DNA of 40,658 bases from Candidatus Nomurabacteria bacterium (GTDB lineage Bacteria > Patescibacteriota > Patescibacteriia > UBA1558 > GWA2-36-10): positions 185,947 to 226,604 of the forward strand of contig JACKFO010000002.1 in assembly GCA_020632415.1 (NCBI GenBank), read 5' to 3'. The position numbers and the translations under genes are program-made. Below are positions 1 to 7,403 of this stretch, one piece after another. The notes under the pieces were generated by a model. That model did not search any database. It was not told where the DNA came from and was given only the letters and a program-made list of their open reading frames with translations. Position 1 is the stretch's first letter, and each line of letters opens with the position of its first letter.

Positions 1-2
1 AC

Positions 3-260
3 GGTTTTAGTAAAGCTTTTTGTCCTGATGTGACCGGGCCTCAAGGCGTTGAAGATGGGTTAGTGAATTTTGAAGACATGATTTATCTTTCTATGGGAAC
101 TAATTCATGTGCTGATGACCCAGAGTCTTGGTTTGAGCCTTTTTATAAGGCAGATTTTAATAATGATTGTTGTATTGATTCCGCTGATTTTGCTTGTTTC
201 AATTTATATTATGGCACAGCAGTAGACTGTGCAACGTTTACTGGGACTTGTCCAAGTTAA
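3..260 (+). CDS. C-terminal fragment of a secreted or surface protein with a dockerin/EF-hand-like motif; the 5' end lies outside the window
   Basis: The reading frame is open from base 3 with no stop before the listed GTG at 30. It contains a D-x-N-x-D-x-x-I-D-x-x-D pattern (DFNNDCCIDSADF) and is Cys-rich. A hairpin plus T-run follows. Confidence 0.5.
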   Translation, partial: GFSKAFCPDVTGPQGVEDGLVNFEDMIYLSMGTNSCADDPESWFEPFYKADFNNDCCIDSADFACFNLYYGTAVDCATFTGTCPS

Positions 261-274
261 AATAATTTTTTAAA

Positions 275-300
275 CACCCTGCGTTATTGGGGTGCTTTTT
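275..300 (+). terminator. Rho-independent terminator
   Basis: CACCC(T) at 275-280 pairs with (G)GGGTG at 289-294 around an 8-nt loop. CTTTTT follows. Confidence 0.6.
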
Positions 301-362
301 GTTACCTATTTTGATCAAATAGGCGTATAATTAAAATAGATTTAATCATTAACATTAAATTT

Positions 363-548
363 ATGAACTTATTTAAAGACACCACTTGGAAATGGTGGGA
401 GTTAAAGATTGTTGCTTGGGGCGCTTTGATGCTTGGTTTAGCTTTAGGCACTTATTTTAATGCTTGGCTCACTGATTGGTTAACTTTGGTTTGGGTACTA
501 TTTATTGTTTCCTGGTTATACGTGATTGTTGCTTGGTCTAAAAAATAA
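363..548 (+). CDS. Small Trp-rich membrane protein with two predicted TM helices, hypothetical
   Basis: 61-aa ORF with host-like AT-rich composition and two hydrophobic segments. The strong hairpin at 573-592 follows it. Confidence 0.5.
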   Translation: MNLFKDTTWKWWELKIVAWGALMLGLALGTYFNAWLTDWLTLVWVLFIVSWLYVIVAWSKK

Positions 549-564
549 AAATTATTTTTAGCAA

Positions 565-596
565 GAAAAAAACCGACGCCTCGTGGTGTCGGTTTT
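565..596. terminator. Bidirectional rho-independent terminator shared by convergent transcription units
   Basis: 8-bp stem CCGACGCC/GGTGTCGG (573-580/585-592) with a TCGT loop. An A-run lies on the left and a T-run on the right. A second hairpin, GCTCG-tgaag-CGAGC, sits at 597-611. Confidence 0.7.
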
Positions 597-622
597 GCTC
601 GTGAAGCGAGCAATGGTTGCGT

Positions 623-928
623 TCATTCTCGACGCATCTGTTCGGCCGGAATGAAGTCGGGTAGCGGAAGTGAGGCCTCGCAGTCGATGTTGATGTCGGC
701 GGCCTTCAGTTCTTCGATGATTTGTCTGATTTCATCCTTTTTTGTCGAGCTGATCCCGATGCAAGGCATGGGAGTGCGTTTGCCATCGCAGGAAATCGGG
801 CAAGACCATGGTCCGTGCCAAGTGATGACAGCATCATCTTGTAGACCCAGCGTCATCATTACGGCCTCTATGATCGGAATTAGATTGTGATAGGTCCGTT
901 GGTCGACGTACAAATGGATGTTCGGCAT
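623..928 (-). CDS. Hypothetical 101-aa protein starting MPNIHLYV, second gene of the G+C-rich island operon
   Basis: AGGAGG lies 5 nt upstream of the ATG at 928 (minus strand: ccAGGAGGcaatcATG). The listed 123-aa ORF is an in-frame upstream extension that would overlap the preceding gene. The 661-720 segment counts about 57% G+C by hand. Confidence 0.6.
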   Translation of the reverse strand: MPNIHLYVDQRTYHNLIPIIEAVMMTLGLQDDAVITWHGPWSCPISCDGKRTPMPCIGISSTKKDEIRQIIEELKAADINIDCEASLPLPDFIPAEQMRRE

Positions 929-945
929 GATTGCCTCCTGGTTTT

Positions 946-1215
946 TTATCTGATCCAAACAGCAATTTGCAGAATAGTCATTAAGATCATCCATAGCGCG
1001 TAGAGCAATTTCATTCGCCAGTTGCCCTTTTCCAGGAGATTGTAAGCCGCAATGTTAGCGATAACAAAAATCCACCACTGACCAGCCTCAACAGCCTTAC
1101 CGCCGCCTTCACCAAAAACAGTGATCCACCAAGTCGGCAGAAAGCCGAATATTGGGAGGTAGGCGATTATCATTAGGAGGTTTTTACGGTTGAATATCTG
1201 CGTGGCTGCAATCAT
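946..1215 (-). CDS. Hypothetical 89-aa membrane protein with three predicted TM helices, first gene of the G+C-rich island operon
   Basis: GAGGA lies upstream of the ATG (gcGAGGAAgaaATG). There are three hydrophobic segments. The stop is 17 nt before the next start, and the downstream SD sits in that gap. Confidence 0.6.
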   Translation of the reverse strand: MIAATQIFNRKNLLMIIAYLPIFGFLPTWWITVFGEGGGKAVEAGQWWIFVIANIAAYNLLEKGNWRMKLLYALWMILMTILQIAVWIR

Positions 1216-1314
1216 TTTCTTCCTCGCATTTTTAATTGTAATGTTCGTTTAGTTTTTAATTTTTTCATAAATAACGATTTTTGTCAATAGTTAATGAGAA
1301 AAAACTTCTTTATC

Positions 1315-1343
1315 TTGACAAAAAACTAATTTTAGTCTATAAT
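1315..1343 (+). promoter_or_regulatory. Sigma70-type promoter for typA
   Basis: TTGACA (1315-1320), a 17-nt spacer, then TATAAT (1338-1343). Confidence 0.6.
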
Positions 1344-1360
1344 TTTGGACTGTAAACCAT

Positions 1361-1386
1361 CCGCGTTTCGGCGCGGCTTTTATTTA
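1361..1386 (+). promoter_or_regulatory. Terminator-like hairpin plus U-tract in the short typA leader; a possible attenuator or a 5'-stabilising hairpin
   Basis: CCGCG (1361-1365) pairs with CGCGG (1372-1376). CTTTTATTTA follows. The structure lies between the predicted transcription start (about 1350) and the ATG at 1399. Confidence 0.4.
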
Positions 1387-1398
1387 TAAGATATATTT

Positions 1399-3180
1399 AT
1401 GGAAATTCGGAATATTGCGATTATTGCTCACGTTGATCACGGCAAAACTGCGATTACTGATGCTTTGTTGCGTCAAACTGGCATGATCAATGAGCAAAAC
1501 AAAAGCATGGATTCTAACGCCTTGGAACAAGAACGTGGAATTACTATTTATGCTAAAAATGCCTCTTTTGTTTATCGAGATACAAAAATCAATATCGTTG
1601 ACACTCCTGGTCATGCTGATTTTGGTTCGGAAGTAGAGCGTGTTTTACGTAGCATTGATTCTGTGATTTTGGTTGTTGATGCGCAAGAAGGTCCGATGCC
1701 CCAAACTAAATTTGTTTTGAAAAAATCTTTGGATTTAGGTCTGAAGCCAATTGTGGTGATTAATAAAATTGATAAACCAGCTGCTCGGGTCAGTGAAGTT
1801 GAAGAGATGATTTTAGAATTATTCATGGATTTGGGCGCTAACGATGAGCAATTAAATTTTACAACTGTTTATTCTATTGGGATTAAAGGCATTGCCAAAA
1901 AGAAGATGACTGATCAGTCTGATAATCTCGATCCTTTGCTTGATGCTATTTTGGAACATGTTATACCAGCACCACAAGATACGAGTAAAGCTTTGCGAAT
2001 GCAGCCTTTTAATTTGGCTTATGATGATTATTTAGGACGACTTGCTATTGGTCGAATTTACGAAGGAGTAATCAAAAAAAATCAAAAAGTTTTTGTCAAA
2101 GATAATTCGGGCGCTGTGCGTAGTGGAGTAATTACTAAAATTTATACTTTTTCTGGTTTTGAACGACAAGAAATTGAGCAAGCAGAAGCAGGAGATCTTG
2201 TGATGATCGCGGGTATTGCGGATATCGACATTGGCGAAACTATTTGTCAGTCAGAGGACCAAGAAGCTCTACCGGCTATTGAAGTTGATGAGCCAACTAT
2301 TGCTATGCATTTGTTGGTCAATAGCTCTCCTTTTGCAGGTCAAGATGGAAAGTTGGTTACCAATAGTCAAATCAAAGAGCGTTTAGAAAAAGAATTGGAA
2401 ATCAATGTTGGTTTGAAGATCGATTTTTCTTCTTCTGATTATTATCGAATTTATGGTCGTGGTGAAATGCACATTTCTATTTTATTAGAAACTATGCGTC
2501 GTGAAGGTTATGAATTTCAAGTTTCTCAACCCCATGCGATCATTAAAGAAATTGATGGTAAAAAACACGAGCCTTTTGAAGAAGTGACTGTTGATATTCC
2601 AAATGAGATGTCTGGAACAGTAATTGAAAAATTATCTCGTCGCAAAGGGATCATGACTAATATTCATAGCGAAACGACGACTCGTTTAATTTTTGAAATT
2701 CCAACTCGTGGCTTATTGGGTTACAGAGGAGAATTTATTGTTGATACTCGTGGTGAGGGCATTATGTCTTCGCAGACTTTGGGTTTTCGTCCACACGTTG
2801 GCCTTATTGATCATAAAAATACCGGCTCGATGGTTTCTATGGCCACTGGGAAAGCCTTGGCTTTTTCTTTGTTCAATTTACAAACTCGTGGTCAACTGTA
2901 CATTGGGCCAAACGTTGAAGTCTACGAGGGTATGGTGATCGGTAATACAGCCAAAGGTGAAGAAATGGTAGTTAATCCAATCAAAGGTAAACAGCTAAGC
3001 AATATGCGTTCTTCGGGAGCTGATGAGGCGATTAATTTAGTTGCGCCAATCGAGCTGACAATTGAACGTGGTTTAGAAATTATTTCTGATGATGAATATT
3101 TAGAGATTACTCCTCATAATGTTCGTTTACGCAAACAAGCTTTACGGGAAGTTGATCGAGTAAAAAGCAAAAGAAAATAA
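1399..3180 (+). CDS. typA: Translational GTPase TypA/BipA
   Basis: 593 aa with GTPase motifs AHVDHGKT, DTPGHADF and NKID. The full-length domain order is typical of TypA/BipA. Confidence 0.95.
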   Translation: MEIRNIAIIAHVDHGKTAITDALLRQTGMINEQNKSMDSNALEQERGITIYAKNASFVYRDTKINIVDTPGHADFGSEVERVLRSIDSVILVVDAQEGPMPQTKFVLKKSLDLGLKPIVVINKIDKPAARVSEVEEMILELFMDLGANDEQLNFTTVYSIGIKGIAKKKMTDQSDNLDPLLDAILEHVIPAPQDTSKALRMQPFNLAYDDYLGRLAIGRIYEGVIKKNQKVFVKDNSGAVRSGVITKIYTFSGFERQEIEQAEAGDLVMIAGIADIDIGETICQSEDQEALPAIEVDEPTIAMHLLVNSSPFAGQDGKLVTNSQIKERLEKELEINVGLKIDFSSSDYYRIYGRGEMHISILLETMRREGYEFQVSQPHAIIKEIDGKKHEPFEEVTVDIPNEMSGTVIEKLSRRKGIMTNIHSETTTRLIFEIPTRGLLGYRGEFIVDTRGEGIMSSQTLGFRPHVGLIDHKNTGSMVSMATGKALAFSLFNLQTRGQLYIGPNVEVYEGMVIGNTAKGEEMVVNPIKGKQLSNMRSSGADEAINLVAPIELTIERGLEIISDDEYLEITPHNVRLRKQALREVDRVKSKRK

Positions 3181-3188
3181 TCTTTAAT

Positions 3189-4199
3189 ATGGATTTTGAT
3201 CACTTATATAAAACTTTAGCAGATCAACCCAAGTACCGAGTCAAACAAGCTAAGGAGGCTATTTTTAAGCAACTGGTAAGCGATTGGAGTCAGTCGACTA
3301 CTTTACCAAAAGAACTCAAAGAACAATTAAATCAAAATTGTTCTTTAGAAATTAAAGGACAAATTTTTTCTGCGCAAAAATCTAAAACAACCAAAGCTTT
3401 GTTGACTTTGTCAGACGGCTTGAAGATTGAAACAGTTTTGATGGGTCACAAAGACGGCCGTCAAACAGTTTGTGTTTCTTCGCAAGTTGGCTGTGCAATG
3501 GCTTGCAAGTTTTGTGCTACCGGAAAATTAGGTTTGAGTCGCAATTTAACTTACAATGAAATCATTGAACAAGTTTTGTTTTTTGATCGTTATCTAAAAG
3601 AACAAAACAGTCGTGTCTCCAATATTGTTTTTATGGGCATGGGTGAACCTTTTGCAAATTACGATGCAGTTTTAAAGGCTATTAAGTATTTCAATGACTC
3701 TGAGGCATTTAATATCGGTGCGCGACATATTTCTATTTCTACCAGCGGTATTATTCCTGGTATTGAAAAATTGACAGCAGAAAAAATTCAAGTTAATTTA
3801 GCTATTTCTTTGCACGCGGCAAATAATAAATTGCGTTCTGAATTAATGAGGATTAATGATCGTTTTCCTTTGGAAAAATTATTAAAAGCAGTAGATAAAT
3901 ATATTCAAAAAACTGGTCGTAAAGTAATGTTTGAATATTTAATGATCAAAGGTGTCAATGACAGTTTAAAGCACGCTGAAGAATTAAGTCGCTTGATGGC
4001 CAAACCTTTGCACATGGTTAACTTGATTCCTTATAATCCAACCGGAGTTTATCTACCAAGCTCTCAGCATACCATTGATCAATTCAAAAATTATTTACGT
4101 AAGCGTCAAGTAGAGGTTAGTCAGCGTTATACTTTTGGACAAGAAATTGACGCTGCCTGTGGACAATTAGCAAATAAAGCAAAAAAAGTCGCCAAATAG
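3189..4199 (+). CDS. rlmN: Radical-SAM 23S rRNA/tRNA adenine-C2 methyltransferase RlmN
   Basis: 336 aa with the CxxxCxxC cluster CAMACKFCATG, a GMGEP motif and the conserved C-terminal Cys (DAACGQL). Confidence 0.93.
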   Translation: MDFDHLYKTLADQPKYRVKQAKEAIFKQLVSDWSQSTTLPKELKEQLNQNCSLEIKGQIFSAQKSKTTKALLTLSDGLKIETVLMGHKDGRQTVCVSSQVGCAMACKFCATGKLGLSRNLTYNEIIEQVLFFDRYLKEQNSRVSNIVFMGMGEPFANYDAVLKAIKYFNDSEAFNIGARHISISTSGIIPGIEKLTAEKIQVNLAISLHAANNKLRSELMRINDRFPLEKLLKAVDKYIQKTGRKVMFEYLMIKGVNDSLKHAEELSRLMAKPLHMVNLIPYNPTGVYLPSSQHTIDQFKNYLRKRQVEVSQRYTFGQEIDAACGQLANKAKKVAK

Positions 4200-4209
4200 G
4201 CGATTTTTT
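4189..4209 (+). terminator. Rho-independent terminator overlapping the rlmN stop codon
   Basis: TCGCC (4189-4193) pairs with GGCGA (4199-4203). TTTTTT follows. Confidence 0.6.
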
Positions 4210-4217
4210 GTTATAAT
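4209..4217 (+). promoter_or_regulatory. Extended -10 promoter (TGtTATAAT) placed 6 nt before the ATG, predicting a leaderless mRNA
   Basis: TGTTATAAT ends at 4217 and the ATG is at 4224. There is no SD. Confidence 0.6.
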
Positions 4218-4223
4218 AGAAAC

Positions 4224-4979
4224 ATGAAAGCTATCATTTTTTCATTTTTCCTTTTTGTTTTCTGGATGCCACCGCTTGTTTTAGCTAGCGATCAAGGCTG
4301 TCTTTACAATGAATGCGATTCAGATAATGATGGCTTGACTAATGCTCAGGAGATTAATATTTATTTTAGCGATCCTTATTTAGCAGACACTGATGGCGAT
4401 GGTTATTCTGATGGCGAGGAAGTAGCTTCTAGCACTTCTCCGCTCAATATTGAAGATAAAAAAAACATTGATCTTGATACTGACCAAGATGGTTTGAATG
4501 ATGCTTGGGAGCTGATTTTGGGGACAAATTTAAACAAAGCAGACACTGATGGCGATGGTTATTCTGATGGTGAAGAAGTAAATAATTCTTATGATCCTTT
4601 AAGTGTCTTACCAATTCAGAGAGATAAGTTGATCAAAGTAGACTTAGCTACTCAGACTTTGGAATATTATTTTAATCAAAAGCTTTTGGATAGTTTTTTA
4701 ATTTCTGGTGGCTTACCTCGCACACCAACCGTCAAAGGAGAATTTACGGTTTTAGATAAAATTCCGGTTAAACGTTATGTTGGGGCAGGATATGATTTGC
4801 CAAATACTAAGTGGAATCTTTTGTTTACTAGACGAACTTTGGGCTATTATATTCATGGTGCCTATTGGCATGATAATTTTGGTCAACCAATGAGCCATGG
4901 TTGCGTTAATGTTGCTTACAAAGATATGGAACGTTTGTATGATTGGGCTCAAGTTGGTACAAAAATAGAAATTCAATAA
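4224..4979 (+). CDS. Secreted L,D-transpeptidase (YkuD domain) with thrombospondin type-3-like Ca-binding repeats
   Basis: A signal peptide is followed by two DTDGDGYSDGEEV repeats and additional DxDxDG motifs. The C-terminal region carries the YkuD catalytic motif (HG...SHGCVN). Confidence 0.85.
   Translation: MKAIIFSFFLFVFWMPPLVLASDQGCLYNECDSDNDGLTNAQEINIYFSDPYLADTDGDGYSDGEEVASSTSPLNIEDKKNIDLDTDQDGLNDAWELILGTNLNKADTDGDGYSDGEEVNNSYDPLSVLPIQRDKLIKVDLATQTLEYYFNQKLLDSFLISGGLPRTPTVKGEFTVLDKIPVKRYVGAGYDLPNTKWNLLFTRRTLGYYIHGAYWHDNFGQPMSHGCVNVAYKDMERLYDWAQVGTKIEIQ
4383..4580 (+). repeat. Two 42-nt direct repeat copies inside the L,D-transpeptidase gene
   Basis: 4383-4424 and 4539-4580 match at 40 of 42 positions (gcagacactgatggcgatggttattctgatgg[c/t]ga[g/a]gaagta). 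Both encode ADTDGDGYSDGEEV. Confidence 0.85.
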
Positions 4980-5618
4980 TTATAAATTAAATTTTAAATA
5001 ATAGATTGTCTGACCGGCGATCTGTTTTTTTTCGTAAGTAGTTTTTATGGCTAGCAGAGGATTATCGCTTCCTTCTTCAGCTTGATATTTTTCGGATTCT
5101 AATATTTTAGCTCCAAAATTTTTGATGCTAGCTTGGGAAAATAAAAATAAATTTTGATCATCAGTTTTTAAATGGACATTAGCCTGAGCTTTTAAGATTT
5201 TTTGGTAAATTTCTAAAAAGCGGGGAGCAGTCAATCTTTTTTTGGCTCTTCCTTTTTTTGCTTGAGGATCAGGAAATGTTAGCCAAATTTGTTTGACGGA
5301 TTTTTCGGGAATAAAATCTAGTAATTTTTCAATCTCTACTCTTAAAAATAAAACATTATTCAGATTATTTTTCAAAGCTGTTGTGGCTCCAGACCACAGT
5401 CTTTCTCCTTGCAAGTCGATGCCTACAAATAATTCTCTTGGATTTTTTTCGGCCAAAGCTAGAGTGTACTCTCCTTTGCCACAAGCTAATTCTAAATTAA
5501 GACCCTGGTAATTTTCTAGAGTTTTTTCTAGTCTTTGTTTTAAATTCTCCTGATCAAATTCCCAGACATTGTCTAAGTTTTTGATTTCAGTAAAACGTTG
5601 TAGTTTCTTTCTTGGCAT
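4980..5618 (-). CDS. trmB: tRNA (guanine46-N7)-methyltransferase TrmB
   Basis: 212 aa with a SAM-binding LELACGKGE motif and the TrmB-type FPDPQAKKGRAKKRL motif. A minus-strand TAAAAT box (5626-5631) lies 7 nt before the ATG. Confidence 0.9.
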   Translation of the reverse strand: MPRKKLQRFTEIKNLDNVWEFDQENLKQRLEKTLENYQGLNLELACGKGEYTLALAEKNPRELFVGIDLQGERLWSGATTALKNNLNNVLFLRVEIEKLLDFIPEKSVKQIWLTFPDPQAKKGRAKKRLTAPRFLEIYQKILKAQANVHLKTDDQNLFLFSQASIKNFGAKILESEKYQAEEGSDNPLLAIKTTYEKKQIAGQTIYYLKFNL

Positions 5619-5688
5619 ATCTGCTATTTTAACCTAAATGGGCAAAAAAGCAAAAATATGCTAATTTTTTAGTAGCTAGGCTTATCTA

Positions 5689-5717
5689 TTGACAATTTTA
5701 TATTTTTGTAGTATAAT
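5689..5717 (+). promoter_or_regulatory. Sigma70-type promoter
   Basis: TTGACA (5689-5694), a 17-nt spacer, then TATAAT (5712-5717). Confidence 0.6.
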
Positions 5718-5748
5718 TCAATATTAAATAAGTATTAATTAAGCCATT

Positions 5749-7308
5749 ATGTTATCAAAATTTGCTAATTTTAGGCAAAAAGTAGTGATTTGGAACTTAG
5801 TTGTTAAGCTAGTATTATTGACTGGTTTAGGCTTATTTTTGCCAATGCAGGCTTTGGGTGTGGAAAATTTAGAGATCCGTAATATTGAAATTGATCTTAG
5901 CAGTAATCATGCTGAAATTACTTGGTACACCAATCTTGATGCTAGTACTCGTCTTGATTATGGTCAAAATACCGATTATGGTTCTTATCTTAATGATACT
6001 TCAGCTGATTCTAGATATCATTCAGCAACTTTAAATAACTTAGAAGGTGATCAAACTTATCATTTTAAAATTTCTGCTACTTCTGTTTCTGGTCAAACAG
6101 TTTCTACTTTTGATATGATTTTTGAAACCGACGATTACAATGATGGTATTGCGCCAAAATTTGAAAATTTTCACGAACGTTATATTACTGGTCAAACTGC
6201 CACTTTGCAATGGGAGAGCGATGAAAAAGCTAGTGCCAAAATTTATTATGGCACTAGTGAAGATTATAATAAAAATAAAAGCATTAGCGGCAAAAAAACT
6301 GCCTTTGAGATTACTTTAAAGTCTTTAGATTTTAATACAATTTATTATTACAAAATTGAATTAAAAGACGAAGACGGTAACATTCGTGTTCGTACTGGAG
6401 ATTTTCAGACTTTAGTTGATAATGAATTGGATACTAAAATTTTAGAGATTTCTCGTGTCAAACCAGTGACTAATAATGACGAAGCGATTTCTTACACTGC
6501 TGCAACTGTTTCTTGGCATGCCAACAAATTAGCCGATGGCGCAGTGCGTTATGGTACCAATCCAAATAGATTAAATAAAAAAGTTAACACTAACAGTTTA
6601 TTTCAAGATTTTGATCAAACAGCTCATCTTAGTGGTTTGAAATCAAATACTTTATATTATTTTCAAGTCGAAGTAAAAGATGTTTTTGGCAAAACTGCTA
6701 AATCAAATATTTTTTCTTTTCAGACCAAGTATTTAGCAGAAAATATTCAACAAGCTAGTGTCACAACAAAGCTTAAAGATTTACGTAAATTATTTACTGC
6801 AGCTACAAATTTATATAAAGAAGCAAGCTCTGGTAAAATCTATGCGATTGTAAACAATCAAAAGCATTTGATTTTCAACTCTAACTTTTTTGAGCGCTAT
6901 GGATATTCTTTTAAAAAAGTCCAGACCGTTTCTAGTGGCGTTTTGAATAACATTGCTTCAATTCGCTTAGTTAAAGATCCAACTACTGATAAAATTTATT
7001 ATCTGGCAAAAAAAGGTAATGATCGTTGGTTAAAAATCGACTTACCGACTCCATCGGTTTTTAGCTCTTATTCAGCTAATCAGTGGAATCAAGTGGTGAC
7101 AATCGATAAAGAAGAATTAGATAATTATCCTGATGTTAATTTAGTCAAAGCTCAAGGAGCTAAAACGGTTTATTTGCTTGATAGCGGCATCAAAAGACCG
7201 ATTGCTTCAGCTCAGGTTTTTGAAGATAATAATTTTAAATGGTCAGATATTCTAGAAATTAGTCAGAGCCATTTAGATGCTTATTTTACCGGTTCAGCTT
7301 TACGTTAA
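5749..7308 (+). CDS. Secreted or anchored hypothetical protein with three Fn3/purple-acid-phosphatase-N-like modules and a C-terminal repeat region
   Basis: 519 aa with an N-terminal hydrophobic anchor. Three modules share the pattern A.I.W.T...A......YG......Y.........H...L..L...T.Y.F. Confidence 0.7.
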   Translation: MLSKFANFRQKVVIWNLVVKLVLLTGLGLFLPMQALGVENLEIRNIEIDLSSNHAEITWYTNLDASTRLDYGQNTDYGSYLNDTSADSRYHSATLNNLEGDQTYHFKISATSVSGQTVSTFDMIFETDDYNDGIAPKFENFHERYITGQTATLQWESDEKASAKIYYGTSEDYNKNKSISGKKTAFEITLKSLDFNTIYYYKIELKDEDGNIRVRTGDFQTLVDNELDTKILEISRVKPVTNNDEAISYTAATVSWHANKLADGAVRYGTNPNRLNKKVNTNSLFQDFDQTAHLSGLKSNTLYYFQVEVKDVFGKTAKSNIFSFQTKYLAENIQQASVTTKLKDLRKLFTAATNLYKEASSGKIYAIVNNQKHLIFNSNFFERYGYSFKKVQTVSSGVLNNIASIRLVKDPTTDKIYYLAKKGNDRWLKIDLPTPSVFSSYSANQWNQVVTIDKEELDNYPDVNLVKAQGAKTVYLLDSGIKRPIASAQVFEDNNFKWSDILEISQSHLDAYFTGSALR

Positions 7309-7320
7309 TTTTCAACAAAA

Positions 7321-7348
7321 AACTCCCTAAAAATAACGGGAGTTTTTT
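7321..7348 (+). terminator. Rho-independent terminator
   Basis: AACTCCC (7321-7327) pairs with GGGAGTT (7338-7344). A T-run follows. Confidence 0.7.
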
Positions 7349-7353
7349 GTTAC

Positions 7354-7382
7354 TTGAAAAGCAAAAAAATCTTTGTTATATT
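7354..7382 (+). promoter_or_regulatory. Sigma70-type promoter
   Basis: TTGAAA (7354-7359), a 17-nt spacer, then TATATT (7377-7382). Confidence 0.5.
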
Positions 7383-7403
7383 TAAAAGACCTAAAGATAT
7401 TTT

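Noticed and set aside
651-890. 79-aa plus-strand ORF antisense to the island gene
   Set aside because: This is a shadow ORF within a G+C-rich coding region. It has no start-site signals, and the opposite strand has the SD-led gene.
929-994. N-terminal extension of the 101-aa island protein (listed 123-aa ORF)
   Set aside because: The extension would overlap the upstream gene and run across the AGGAGG SD. The ATG at 928 with proper SD spacing is the better start.
1384-1826. Minus-strand ORFs 1384-1614 and 1611-1826, and the plus-strand ORF 2693-2938, inside typA
   Set aside because: They lie entirely within the confidently identified typA gene, either antisense or out of frame, so they are shadow ORFs. 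The same reasoning applies to the other short embedded ORFs in the track: 4752-4976, 5293-5511, 6122-6319, 8326-9712 internal ORFs, 9871-10155, 11166-11378, 14213-14437, 14853-15110, 16758-17570, 17720-18311, 19517-19717, 24694-24876, 26816-27028, 31635-31841, 32697-32972 and 35604-35879.
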